Shown here: piece after piece, positions 26,700 through 40,499 of the stretch | Position numbering within the stretch: the first letter of the stretch is position 1 | How the letters are laid out: each line of letters starts with the position of its first letter | DNA from: Chiloscyllium plagiosum | Lineage: Eukaryota | Length of the DNA stretch: 64,000 nucleotides | Direction of reading: 5' to 3' | NCBI RefSeq assembly: GCF_004010195.1 | Contig: NC_057758.1 | Location: forward strand, 2,454,205-2,518,204 | Notes under the pieces: model-generated | Told to the model about the DNA's origin: nothing | Databases searched by the model: none | What the model saw: only the letters and a program-made list of their open reading frames with translations | Position numbers and translations under genes: made by a program

Positions 26700-28270
26700 C
26701 ATAGATAATAAAACATTACAGCGCAGTACAGGCCCTTCGGCCCTCGATGTTGCGCCGACCTGTCATACCAATCCGAATGCCATCTAACCTATGCTATTCC
26801 ATTACACCTATATGCTTGTCCAATGACGATTTAAATCTACTTAAAGTTGGCGAATCTACGACCGTTGCAGGCAAAGCATTCCATATCCTTACTACTCTCT
26901 GAGTAACGAAACTACCTCTCACATCTGTCCTATATCTATCACCCCACAATTTAAAGCTATGCCCCGTCGTGCTCGCCTTCACCATACTTGGAAATAGGCT
27001 CTCCCTATCCACCCTATCTAACCCTCTGATTTATCTTATATGTCTCTATTAAGTCACCTCTCAACCTTCTTCTCTCCAACGAAAACAGCCTCAAGTCCCT
27101 CAGCCTTTCCTCGTAAGACCTTCACTCAATACCAGGCAACATCCTAGCAAATGTGGGCGGCACGGTGGCATAGTGGTTAGCACTGTTTCCTCATAGTGCC
27201 AGAGACCCGGGTTCAATTCCCGCCTCAGGCAACTGATTGCGTGGAGTTTGCACGTTCTCCGGTTTCCTCCCACAATCAAAAAACGTGCAGGTTAGGTGAA
27301 TTGACCATGCTAAACTGCCTGTAGTGTTAGATTATATTGCATTACGGAAACAGGCCCTTCAGCCCAACAAGTCCACACCGACTCGCTGAAGCGCAACCCA
27401 CTCATACCCCTACATTTACCCCTTACCTAACACTACGGGCAATTTAGCATGGCCAATTCACCTAACCTGCACATCTTTGGACTGTGGGAGGAAACCGGAG
27501 CACCCGGAGGAAACCCACGCAGACACGGGGAGAACATGCAAACTCCACACAGTCAGTCGCCTGAGGCGAGAATTGAACCCGGGTCTCTGGCGCTTTGAGG
27601 CAGCAGTGCTAACCACTGTGCCACCGTGCCGCCTACGGTGAAGGGGTAAATGTAGGGGAATGGATCTGGGTGGGTTGCGCTTCGGCAGTCAGTGTGGACT
27701 TGTTGGGCTGAAGGGCCTGTTTCCACACTATAAGTAATCTAATCTAAATCTCCTCTGCACCCTTTCCAAAGCTTCCACATCCTTCTTATAATGCAGTGAC
27801 CAGAACTGTACACAATACTCCAATTGTGGCCGCACCAGAGTTTTATACAGCTGCAGCATAACCTGTTCCAGAACTCGATCCCTCTATTAATAAAAGCTAA
27901 AACACTGTATGCCTTATTAACAACCCTGTCAACCTGGGTGAAACTTTCAAGGATCTGTGTACATGGATACTGAGACTTCTCCGCTCATCTACACTACAAA
28001 GAATCTTACCATTAGCCCAGTAATTTGCAGTCCGGTTACTCCGACCAAAGTAAATCACCTCACACGTGTTCGCATTAAACTCCATTTGCCACTCTCAGCC
28101 CAGCTCTGCAGCTTATCTATGTCTCTTTGTAACCTACAACATCCTTCGTCACTATTCACAACTCTACTGACCTTAGTGTCGTCTGCAAATTTCCTTACCC
28201 ACCCTTCTATGCCTTCATCCCGGTCGTATATAAAAATGATGAACAGCAGTGGACCCAACACTGACCCTTG
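26700..28270 (-). mobile_element. CR1/HER1 LINE 3' part inserted in the 3' LTR of Gypsy element 2
   Basis: LGPLLF...KFADD...LQRDID (28055-28261) and the C-terminal ORF at 26794-27012. Confidence 0.9.
27155..27746 (+). mobile_element. HE1 SINE (+) with a second full HE1 SINE (-, ~27329-27633) inside it
   Basis: Outer copy breaks at GTAGTGTTAG and resumes at GGTGAAGGGGTAAATGTAGG; the inner copy is complete and inverted. Confidence 0.9.
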
Positions 28271-29589
28271 GTATTTTGGGTTATAATTTAAACTGATTGG
28301 CCGAATTCGAATTTGATTTTACCTCGAGACAACCAGCTTCATTGTATTTTATTGAGAATACTTGGTGCTTGGTAGCCTTGAACTTTCTCTAAGGTAAAGT
28401 ACACTAACATCTTCATAACACCTCCCCCAAAGAAAAACTGAACCACTATAATGAAAAGACGTCTTCATTTTATTTTCACTAGTCTTTAAATGCATTACCC
28501 TTGCCTAAAGATAACTTTAATCTAAGTTCACCTTAACTTCTTTCCATATGACTGTACAGACATATAACATTAAATAATGGCAAATGTCATCTAAACTTTA
28601 TCAGTCAAATCCGCGATAACGCAGCTGCAATTACATTCTCACGACCAGCAACATATGTGATTTTGAAATTAAAAGTCTGTAACATAAGACTGCAACGAAA
28701 TAGTTTCATGTTCTTGCCTTAAAAGCGTTCTAACAATGTAAGCAGATTGTAATCCGTGTACACAACCAGCTCCGACAAAATGTTTCTGACATACACATTA
28801 AAATGCTAAAAGGCCAGTACCAAACTCAATGGTTCTTTTTCAATTGTGGAATATTTCCTCTGGTGGATATTGATCTTCTTCGAAAGGAACCAACTGGTAG
28901 TCCAATCCCATCCTCATCTTCCTAAATTAGTGTATCTCCAACCCCAATGTCACTGGCATCGATGGTGAATTTAAACGGTTTTAAAAGTTTGGTGTAGTTA
29001 AAACTGGTTTTGTGGTTAATATTGATTTGAAATTTTCGATAATCTCCTGAGATGGTTGTGTTGACCGTATCTTTGTGTTCTTCAGCATATCAATTAACTG
29101 GGCCACTACATTGCTAAAGTCTGGAACAAAGTTCTGATAGAATCCACTGAGTCCTAAGAATCGAAGCATCTCTTTCTTTGAGGTCGGTCGTGGAAATTCC
29201 TCCATGACTTTCACTTTTGCGTTCCATTCGGCAACCTTTCATTACCGTTGTTACGTCCAAAGAACGTCACTTTTGATTTCACGAATTCAGTTTTATTTCA
29301 GTTTATCATCAGTTTTATTCTTGTAGTAGTTCAAAGAGTTCTGCCAAATGTACCATGTGATCTTTCCAGAACTTACTAAAGATCACTACATCGTCCAAAT
29401 AGATGTGTTTGTTAACCCAACCACTAAATCTGTTCATGCATCTTTGGAAGGTGGCGGATGCGTTCTTCATTCCAAATGGCATCACTTGAATTTGATGAAG
29501 CCCATTTGAGGTTACACATGCAGAAATTTCTTTTGCCGTCTCTGATAAAGGTATCTGCCACTAATCAGGCATTAAGTTCACTTTGGTCA

Positions 29590-31732
29590 ACATTAAGTTC
29601 AACATCGACTGGGACTGCCATAGTGTTAAAGGTTTAGATGGAGAGGAATTTCTTAAGTGCGTACAAGACAGTATTCTGATTCAGTATGTGAATGTACCTA
29701 CTAGAGAAGGTGCAAAACTTGACCTACTCTTGGGAAATAAGGCAGGGCAGGTGACTGAGGTGTCAGTGCCGGAGCACTTTGGGGCCAGCGACCATAATTC
29801 TATTCGTTTTAAAATAGTGATGGAAAAGGATAGACGATCTAAAAGTTGAAGTTCTAAATTGGAGAAAGGCCAATTTTGACGGAATTAGGCAAGAATTTTC
29901 GAAAGCTGATTGGAGGCGGATGTTCGCAGGTAAAGGGACAGCTGGAAAATGGGAAACCTTCAGAAAAGAAACAACAAGAATCCAGAGAAAGTATATCCCT
30001 GTCAGGATGAAAGGGAAGGCTGGTAGGTATAGGGAATGCTGGTGAAGAAATTGAGGGTTTGGTTAAGAAAAAGAAGGAAGCATATGTCAGGTATAGATCG
30101 AATGAATTCTTAGAAGAGTATAAAGGAAGTAGGAGTATACTTAAGAGGGAAATCAGGAGGGCAAAAAGGGGACATGAGATAGCTTTGGCAAATAGAATTA
30201 ATTCACAAATATATTAAGGGCAAAAGGGTAAATAGGGAGAGAATAGGGCCCCTCAAAGATCAGCAAGGCGGCCTTTGTGTGAAGCCACAGAAAATGGGGG
30301 CGATACTAAATGAATATCTTGCATCAGTATTTACTGTGGAAAAGGGCATGGAAGATATAGACTGCAAGGAAATAGATGGTGACATCGTGCAAAATGTCCA
30401 TATTACACAGGAGGAAGTACTGGATGTCTTGAAACGTGTAAACGTGGATGTATCCCCAGGACCTGATCAGGTATACCCAAGAACTCTGTGAGAAGCTAGA
30501 GAAGTGATTGCTGGGCCTCCTGCTGAGATATTTGTGTCATCGATAGTCACAGTTGAGGTGCCGGAAGACTGTAGGTTAGCAAACGTGGTGCCACTGTTTA
30601 AGAAGAGCGGTAAAGACAAGCCAGGTAACTATAGACCGGTGAGCCTGACTTCAGTGGTGGGCAAGTTGTTGGAGGGAATCTTAAGGGACAGGATATACAT
30701 GCATTTGGAAAGGCAAGGACTAATTAGAGACAGTCAACATGGCTTTGTGCGTGGGAAATCATGTCTAACAAACTTGATTGAGTTTTTTGAATAAGTAATA
30801 AAGAGGATTGATAAGGGCAAAGCAGTAGATGTGATCTATATTGACTTCAGTAAGGCTTTCGACAAGGTGCCAATGGGAGACTGATTAGCAAGGTTAGATC
30901 TCATGGAATACAGGGAGGACTAGCCATTTGGATACAGAACTGGCTCAAAGGTAAAAGACAGAGGGTGGTGGTGGAGGGTTGTTTTTCACACTGGAGGCCT
31001 GTGACCAGTGGAGTGCCACAAGGATCGGTGCTGGGTCCTCTACTTTTCGTCATTTACACAAATGATTTGGATACGAGCATAAAAAGTACAGTTAGTAAGT
31101 TTGCAGATGACACCAAAATTGGAGGTGGAGTGGACAGCAAAGACGGTTACCTCAGATTACAACAGGATCTGTACCAGATGGGCCAATGGGCTGAGAAGTG
31201 GCAGATGGAGTTTAATTCAGATAAATGCGAGGTGCTGCCTATTGGGAAAGCAAATCTTAACAGGACTTCTACACTTAATGGTAAGGTCCTGGGAAGTGTT
31301 ACTGAACAAAGAGAGCTTGGAGTGCAGGTTCATAGCTCCTTGAAAGTGGAGTCGCAGGTAGATAGGATAGTGAAGAAAGCATTTGGTATACTTTTCTTTA
31401 TTGGTCAGAGTATTGAGTATAGGAATTGAGAGGTTATTTTGCAGCTGTACGGGACATTGGTTAGACCACTGTTGGAATATTGCTTGCAATTTTGGTCTCT
31501 TTCCTATCGGAAAGATGCTGTGAAACTAGAACGGGTTCAGAAAAGATTTACAAGGGTTCAGAAAAGGGATGGAGGATTTGAGCTATAGGGAGAGGCTGAA
31601 CAGTCTGGGGCTGTTTGGAGGGATATGGGCCGGGTGCTGGCAGATGGGACTAGGTTGGGATGGGATATCTGGTCGGCATAGACAGGTTGGACCAAAGGGT
31701 CTGTTTCCATGCTGTACATCTCTATGACTCTG
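29590..31732 (+). mobile_element. Relatively young CR1/HER1 ORF2 (endonuclease end plus RT) inserted in the Gypsy RT
   Basis: LDLLL..SDHN, SPGPD, NYRPVSLTS, QHGF, GVPQGSVLGP, KFADD and (CTATGACT) tail; scattered stops. Confidence 0.92.
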
Positions 31733-34700
31733 TGGTGATGTACCTGGCTTGTCCGACTTTCTTGATACAGACCTCCATCTTGGAACTGGATATGAGTCTG
31801 ATTTTGTAACGGCGTTGACCATTCGATAATCCACGCAGAATCATTGAGTCCCGTCCATTTTGGGAACTAAGACACTCGGCGAACTCCTGGTTTGGTTCCA
31901 TGATGTTCTCGACGAGCATGGCTACCACCTCCACCTGGACCTGTCTGGCTATGAAAGGATTAAGTCGATAGGAGCGTTGTTTCGTGGGAGAAGTATTCCC
32001 TACATCTACTTCATGTACAAGTGCGTTAGTCCTCTTTATCTGATTCTTACAAATGTAAGTAATACTGCAGTAACAACTCTTTCAACTGTGTTCTATTCTC
32101 CTGAGACAGATAGTTTTCGAACGTTTCCTACTCCTACTTCATTTTTAAATCTATTTTGAGGCACATCAAATACACATCATTTGGACTTGATTCTTCACTC
32201 TGCGAGGCAGTAACTAACACCTGTTTCTCCAATTCTTTCTCTCTAGTATAATTCGGTTTCAGCATGTTCACATGGCACATTTGATACATTTTCTTTAAAT
32301 TGGTATTCTTACTAAATAATTGACCTGACTCAACTTTTTCTCAATTTGCTAGGGACACTAAACCTGGCTTTAAAGGGATGTCCTATTCCTGGTAACAGTG
32401 CTAACACATCATTCCCTCGAGAAAACGCTGGTGTCTCAGGGCTTTTATCTGTCACTTGCTTCATTCTACACTGTGCCTTCTTTAGGTGCTCTTTAGTCTA
32501 ACTCACCTACTCCACTTAATCTCTCCCTCACCTCTGCTGCATAATCTAAATGTGAGATCTCTGATTTTGTTCCTCTCAATTTTTCTTTAGTTAATTACAA
32601 AGTGCCTCTTATTTCATAACCGAAAATTAACTCAAAGGAATTCGACTGAGTAGATTCATTTAAGGCTTCTCAAATGGCAAAAATACGAATGGGATATCTT
32701 TATCCCAATCATTCGGGTAATCCTGACAGTATGCTCTCAACATAATCTTCAAGGCCTAATGCTGCCTTTCTAAAGCTCCCTAGGATTCAGGATGATACGC
32801 ACTGGATTTAAAGTGCTAAGCTATCCATAAACTCATTTAACAGCCTAGCAGTAAAATTTGATCTTTGGTCCGGCTGAATCTCTCTGGGTAGCCCATACCG
32901 TGTGAAAGAAAAGCTACTAACTCCTCTCCCAAGTTTTGTTATTGTCTTGATACTCCATAATCGAATTGCCTTCTGAAATCTGATAGACACATCCATTATG
33001 GTTAACAAGTGTTAGCTCCCACATTTAGTTCTCGGGAGGAGACCAACGGAATGATTCATTACCCACGTGAAAAGTTCTTGAAATGTAGGAATTGGCAATA
33101 AATATTTCGGTTCCATTACCGCCAGTGGTTTTCCTACCATTTGGCATGTATGACACGTGCAGCAAAACTATACCATATTCTTGTGCATTCCAGGCCAATA
33201 AAATGGTTTTTGTACCTTAGCCTGAGACTTTCGCACTTCGAGCTGTCCCCCAGCAGATAGTTCATGTGCTACCCGTAACACCTCCTGTCTGTATGCTACT
33301 GGCAACACAATTTGGTACACTTCGGCCTATTTCTCCTCCGCACTAAGCTACCGTGGTCTCAATTTCTGTCTTAGGATTCTATCTTTCAGATAATAACCCT
33401 CCAGAATGTTCTTTGCCTCCTTTTCGTAGTACATATCCACATACATTTTTGTTTATCGTATTGCCTTGTTGTTGCAAGTTTCTTCACTAAATTTCTGTCC
33501 ATCTATCCCACACATTACCAAACCCTTCGGTGACATCATAGAAAGAGTGCATGTTCGCTCATTCCTTACTATCAGCGACTGGTTAGATCCGCAAAATTGT
33601 CCTTCTTCCCCGTTCTTTCTGAGCAAACTTTACCCATTGAGACGGATAAAGAGACCAGATAATAACTCCATACCCAGCCCCTGCCTAAGCTGTGCACTCT
33701 CATGGAGCTCCTTGGCTTTTCTTTGTGTCTCCTTTACTACCTTCACTAATACCACTGGCTTGGCTTTTATTACCTCATCTTTTCCCACAGTGCCTTTCTT
33801 TAATGATTTTGACTTTAGGAGTCCCACTTTCTGGCAGTGAAAACACCTTTTCCCTGCGCCCATCTGATACCACCAGCACTGTACTTTTCTGTGTCACGCT
33901 GCATTACATCGAAAACTGAGGCTTTTCACCTCCGGTCCACCCTCTGGAGATTCTTCGTTATCCTGTGATATTTTCTTTTTACCAGCGCACTCTGCTCTTG
34001 ATTTCGTAATGTGTGATATCCCCTTCAGCCAACTTCTATCCCTCACAGGACGAAATTCTGGCTGGACGCTTGTCTTATGCACCAACATGCTAATTATCTG
34101 CTAATTCTGCTGCCAGTCTCAGTTCCTGAACTTTCTGCTCTCCGCGTGAATTCTTGCCATCTCTGAAAGTCATTTTTTAATCTCCTCCAGCAGAATGATC
34201 TCTCGTACAGCCTCAAAGGTCCTACCTTTATTCAAATCACTCACCCATCTATCAAAAAAACTATGTTTAATTCTTTTGAACTCAACATATGTCTGTCCTG
34301 GTCCCTTCTTTGTGTTTCTGAACCGCTGTTACATGCATCTGGTACCATTTCATAAGCAATCAAAGTAACCTGTTTAACCTCTTCGTAATCTCTTGACCCC
34401 TCATCTGACAGCATGGCAAATGCCTCACTAGCTCTGCCTAAGAGTTTAGTCTAAACTAGCATTACCCATAAATCCTCGGATCGCTCCATCTGCCGAGCCA
34501 ATGTTTAAAATGAAATAAAGAAGTCTTCAACATCTTTCTCGTTAAAATGTGGCAGTTTTGACATATTTATGTATACATCACTACTTTCTCTTTTAATCGC
34601 CATCCTGTTAACTTCACTTTGCTGACTAAATCGCAACTTCTCAAGTTCAAATTCTCCTTCGTTTTGCTCAGCTAAGTACTCTCTCTCTTTCCTCTCTGTC

Positions 34701-35519
34701 TCTTCTCTCTCTTTCTCTCTTGCCTCTATCTTTCTTCCTATTTCTTCTCTCTCAGCTAAGAACATTCTCTCGCTTTCCTCCCTCTCTGTTTATCTTCTAA
34801 CTCCATTTCCCTCGACTTTAATTTAACTTTTTTCTGCCTCTACTGCACTCGTGGGTTTCTCTAACACACCTAAGTGTTTGAGTAATTCTCTTAAAATTTC
34901 AGCTTTACTTTTGTCCTTGGTTAAACCCAAATCATACTTATTTACTAATTCTAAAAGTATGGCCTCTTTCTTTCCTTCTAAAACTTCCTGTTAAATTTGA
35001 CAATCACCCTCAAATCCCTGAAAGTCCAATGCAATTTTAATTGCCATTTCTCTCACTTTTAATTTAATCAACGATAAATCACAGAGATTAAACAAATTGT
35101 CTCACCTACATTTTATTTAAAGATCTCGCACACTATACTGCAAGAATTTAAATCTGCTCGGATGTTTTGTACCACCAAATCTATTCAAATTTGTCTAACA
35201 GTGCTGAAATCCCAACGACAGCCCGCAAACTGTTGCGACACTGGGTGAATCCTCCTGTTTAATTTAAGCAAACAACATTGAAAAGATTTATCAAGCGCAT
35301 TAATCTGTGAAAATTCGATGGTCCAAGAACTACTTAAAGAAAAAGTTAACAACGTTATTTCTTAGAGTTTAACGGCTTTATTTCTGAAAGTTAACGTTGT
35401 AACTCTAACCTATCTTTTACTTTCCTTTCTAATGGACGAGTCTGATAAAACACCCGATTAAGATTTACCACAAATTCAAATTTCAAAACCAGACAGCTGT
35501 CGAATCTTCTATTTGCAGA

Positions 35520-36870
35520 TTTGCTCTCCAGCTCGGTATCTGCAGTTTATCCAATCCCCCTGCAACTTGCAGCATTCTTCCACACTGTCCACTATTCCAA
35601 CGACTTTAGCGTCATCTGCACACTTACCCATCCACCTCAGCCTGTGTCAATTCATTTATAAAAATGACAAACAGCAGCGGACCCAAAACAAATCCTTGTG
35701 ACACACCACGCGTAACCGGACACCAGGCTGAGTAGTTTCCATCAACCACAACTCCTTACAGAAAGCCAGTTTATCATCCAAACTGCTAAATCACCTTCAA
35801 GCCTATGTCTCTGCATTTTCTCCAACAGCCGACCATATAGAACCTTAGTGAACTCCATATACACCACATCAACTGGACTAGCCTCATCCACATGCTTCCT
35901 CACCTTCTCAAAAATCTCAAAGCGCTTTCTGAGACATGACCTGCCCTTGTCTATATGCAGTCAAGTTTTTTTTTGCTAGATGATTATAAATCCCATCTCT
36001 TGTAATCATTTCCAAAACTCTTTGTCCAACAGACTTAAGACACACTGGTTTATAATTACCTGGGTCATCTCTACTGCCCTTCCTGAACAAAGGCACAACA
36101 TTTGCAATCCTCCAGTACTCTGGTACTAAACCTGTCGACAATGACGACTCAAAGATCAAGGTCAAAGTCTCCAGTGTCTCCCACCTAGCTTCCCAAAGAA
36201 TCCTCGTATAAATGTCTACTTTCACTCCTTCTAGAATTGATAACACCCCTTCCTTAATAACCTCGATCCTTTCTTGTCTAATATCCAGTATCTCATTCTT
36301 CTCCACTACAGTATTATCTTTTTCCTGAGGGAAAACCGATGAAAAATATTCGTTTAGCACCTCACCGATATCCACAGGGTCCACACACGACTTCCCACTT
36401 CTGTCTTTGACTGGCACTATTCCTACCCAAGTCGCCCTTTTATTCCTCACATAACTATAAAATGCTTTAGGATTCTCCTTTATTCTACCTGCTAAAAACT
36501 AGTCATGTCCTCTCTTTGCTCTTTTTAACTATCTCTTTAAGTCCTTCCTAGCCAATCGGCAACTCTCCATCACCTCATCTGAACCATCTTGTCTCAATGT
36601 CACATACGCCTCCTTCTTCCATTTAACAAGAGATGCAATTTCTTCAGTAAACCACGGTTCCCTTACCTTATCACTTCCTCCCTGCCTGACAGGGACATAT
36701 CTATCATGGACATGCAATACCTGATCCTTAAACCAACTACACATTTCGATTGTCCCCATCCACGCATTTTGCTACCCCATTCTGTGCATCCTAAGTCTTG
36801 CCTGATCGTATTATAATTGCGCTTGCCCCATCTATAACTCTTGCCCTGGACCCCATGCGACTTCACCTTC
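35520..36870 (-). mobile_element. CR1 LINE ORF2 fragment interrupting the 5' LTR of Gypsy element 2
   Basis: ORF 35917-36450: VLNEYFSSVF...WRIANVVPLF...PGNYKPV. Confidence 0.88.
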
Positions 36871-36879
36871 TCCATCAGC

Positions 36880-39400
36880 CAAACATTCACACTCTCTGAG
36901 AGAAGGAATTCCTCCTTATCTCTTGTTAAATTAATGCACCTATATTCTGAACCTCTGTTCCTTGACCCCGCCATGAGAAGTAAAATCCACTCATTATTTA
37001 CTATGTGAAGCCCCCTTATAATTTGTGTGCTTCACATGAGAACAAATCTCATTCTTCTAACTTCCATTGAGTGGAGTCCCAAGCACGTAATACTTTGCTC
37101 ATAAAATAAACATAATATTCCAGGAGTGATCCTAGTGAACCTTCTCTGAATTCCCTCCAAAGAAATGATGTCGTTCCCACAAACGGGAACCTATACTCCT
37201 CACAGTACTCCAATTTGCTCTCACCAGCACCTTTTGTGGGTGCAGTGAGACTTTTGATTAGGTTCCTCACAGTGTGGAAATAGGCCCTTCGGCCCAACAA
37301 GTCCACACCAAACCGCAACCCACCAAGACCCATTCCCCTAAATTTACCCCTTCACCTAACACTAATTTACCTAATCTGCACATTTTTGGACTGTGGGAGG
37401 AAATCGGAGCAAACCCACGCAGACACGGGGAGAATGTGCAAATTCCACACAGTCAGTCGCCTGAGGCAGGAATTGAACCCGGGTCTCTGGCGCTGTGAGG
37501 CAGCAGTGCTAACCACTGTACCACCGTGCCGCCCACTCTTATTCTGCAATCCCCATCAAATAAGGATGGTCATTCCATTAACCTTCTCGATTAGCTGTGT
37601 GTCAGCTTTCTCGGTTCTGTGTCCAAGATCGCCCAGTCCCACAGCTCTGCAGTTTTATCCATTCAACTGATACTCTATTATTTTGTTCTCCCCTCCAAAC
37701 AAAAGTCATAGAGTCATAGAAATGTACAGCATGGAAACAGACCCTTTGATCCATCTCGTCCATGCCAACCAGATATAAATTAATCTAGTCCAATTTGCCG
37801 GCACTTGGCCCATGTCTCTCTAAGTGCTTCTTTTTGATATACCCATCCAGATGCCTTTCAATATTGTAACTCTACCAACCTCCACTACTTCCTTCAGCAG
37901 CTCATTCCCCTTAGGTCCTTTTTAATTTTATCCCTCTCACCCTAAACTTATGCCCTGTGGTTCTGGACTCCCCACTTGAGTGAAAAGACCTTGTCTATTT
38001 ACCCTATCCATGCCACTCATGATTTCATAAACGTCTGTAAGTTCACCATTCAGCCTCCGACGCTCTAGGGAAAACTGCCCCCGACTATTTAACCATTCCC
38101 TGTTGCTCAAATCTGCAGATCTCTCCTCATCTAGCCTATGAATCCCTGAAACAATGTTGAATATTTCAATTAAGTTCCCTCTAAAGTCGAGTCAGCATAG
38201 TTTCATTTACTCAAAATCTCTTTATGAGACAGTGCCCCTAGCCTCGAATCAACCTGGTGAACTTTCTCATAAGGAAAATGTAAAATGGGCTCAGGTTTCA
38301 TCGCTGAAATCAGGAGTGTGGTCTACCCCTCAGCCATTGACCAATTGTCCAGGAATCTGGTCTCCAAGTGGAAAAAGTAATGTTTTACAAAGCTTCTGAT
38401 CATCTGGTCAGGGCTCCGTCTCAGCTTCAGGGGTTTGCCTGTCCCTACTTGCCCTTGAGAAGTTCGTGGCGAGCCAACTTCTTGAACAGAAGTAAATAAG
38501 TCCATAATGAGACTCTGTAATGTAGAGAGATTGGAAAGACTGAAGTTGTGTCCCCCAGAACGGAGGAGATTACGAGAGGACATGTCTGAGATGTAAAAAT
38601 GATGAGAGGAATAGGCATGATGTACAAGAAGAAATGTTTCCCCTTGATGGAGGGTTCAGTAACCGACGGCATAGATATACAGGAAATGACGAAACATTTA
38701 CAGGCAATGTCGATTTCTTTTTTACCTGGAGGATGTTGGGAATCTGCAACACACTGTCTGTCGAGGCAGAAATGCTCATAATAATGAAGAAATATTCAGA
38801 CACAATTATATGGACAAATCTTGGAGTCCAAGTCCATAGCTCCCGGAAAGTGCAGTCACCAGATTTGGGCACCATACCTTAGGAAGGAGGTTTTGGTCTT
38901 CGTGTGAATTTTGTGCAGGTCCACAAAGATGATCACAGGACTTCGGAGATAATATTCTGCGGAAAGATAACGTAAATTAAGCCTTTACTCACCATGTATT
39001 TAGAAGAGTTTCTCAAAAGATTAATAGCTTGTGGGTGAAATCGTGGATTCATTTCCTGAGCTGATGTGCTTTTCTGCAAATGTTTCGTCACCTCTCCGGG
39101 TGACATCAATGGGCCTCCGGTGATCCTCAGAATTTAGAAGGTTAAGAGATTATGTAACTGAGAACATCTCGATATTAATAGGGAAAGACAAAGTCGATGA
39201 AAATAAACTATTTCAATACTTGAAGTTGAAGTCAAAAATGAACTTGGGAAAAATTCTGGAATTCCCTCCCTCGGGACATTATTGGTTTGCCTACAGCATG
39301 TGAATTACTTCCGTTCAAAAAGTGGCTCATCATCACCTTCTCAAGTGCAACTAGGGACAGAAATATATATTGGTCTCAGCCAGTGACGCCCACATTACAT
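36880..39400. mobile_element. Mosaic of CR1 3' fragments in both orientations plus a short Penelope end (~39030-39125)
   Basis: AGTCATAGAGTCATAGA tail at ~37705 (minus), LGVQVHSS motif and other CR1-like text. Confidence 0.6.
37258..37535 (-). mobile_element. HE1 SINE
   Basis: Boxes A/B and conserved HE1 body on minus. Confidence 0.9.
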
Positions 39401-40499
39401 TCAATATACTAAGGCCACATCATTCTGGAGAGATGATAGAAAGAACAAAGAGTATTGGAGGTTTTGTACACTTCTTCTCAAATCGCAATAACAATATAAT
39501 TGTTGAATTTCAATCTGAGATAGGCTGCTTTTATCATTCCGTAAGGACATCAATGATATGTGACAACGCAGTCATATGAAGTAATCCCACAGATTAGCAA
39601 TGTTCTTTTGAGTAACTGACTTGGCTCGAGGCGATGAATAGCCTCCCCCTGCTTCAATGAAGAAATTATTTTGATATTCATTAGTTCAATTTTTACTCAG
39701 GCCAGTATCTCTTTTCAGCTTCTGATGTAAACATGCAGGAGACACGTTTAATCTTTGATTCCATTTGCTGCCCATCCCAGTTAGTTATGTACATCTTAAT
39801 AGAACCCAAAGTGGAGTCAGTTGTCATTGTGTCAACGGATAAAACCAGAATACTCTGTGAGAACGCAAATAGAGGATCTATGCTCCAGTCTTACCATTCT
39901 CCCTCTCAGATCCACAGCGGTGGTGTGGGAGAAACTGCTTTGCTGTTTGTAGCTTTGATGTTAATTGAAGTCGCCATAGATAGTATGTTCATCTGTTAGC
40001 CTTACCGGCAGAGATTTGTACATTGCCTCATCAGCAAACGGGGGAAACACAGTTTGGAACATTGGCCACTGTGCTCTGTAGGTGCTCGCTGCTGTTCTGG
40101 TGTGTGCTCATTCTGTCAGCGCATTTATTATTGCAAATAATAATGGCCAATTAACTTTTCCCTGTTCTCTCAGAGGTGCCATTGACATGCGGCGCCTCCG
40201 ACACGGCGTTTTATTTTTTAGGTGCAGTACTAGTGCTCCTATCTCTGAACCAGGAAGAACTGTGTTCCAATCCTATCTGCTCCAGAGGTGTATAAAAAGG
40301 TCTCTGAACAGGTTAATTAGAAAACAGGTCCACTACGTTTTGAAATACGTTCATAGATTTGCCCAACTCTAATTTAAAAGTCAATGATTTTTTATCGTCA
40401 CGAGGCCTTGCTGAAAATCTACAAGTCTCTCATAGGAGCACAGCTGGAATACTGAGAAAACGTTTTGGTCCCTGATCTGAGGAAACATACTGGCACTTA

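Larger units (their letters stand above)
26595..35510 (-). mobile_element. Decayed Gmr1-like Gypsy LTR retrotransposon 2 (LTR-gag-INT-RT-RH-LTR)
   Basis: LTR pieces at 26595-26700 plus 28270-28420 and 35231-35510. PBS-Pro-like TGCGGGCTGTCGTTGGGAT at ~35209-35227. gag LPHFNEKDVEDFF and CFHCQKVG. Integrase YGLPREIQPDQRSNFT (32808-33008). RT DYRMVNAVTKSDSYP (~31800), MPFGMKNA, YLDD, RFLGLSGFY (29000-29500). RNaseH YSTIEKE. Purine tract next to the 3' LTR (~28421-28432). Confidence 0.9.
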
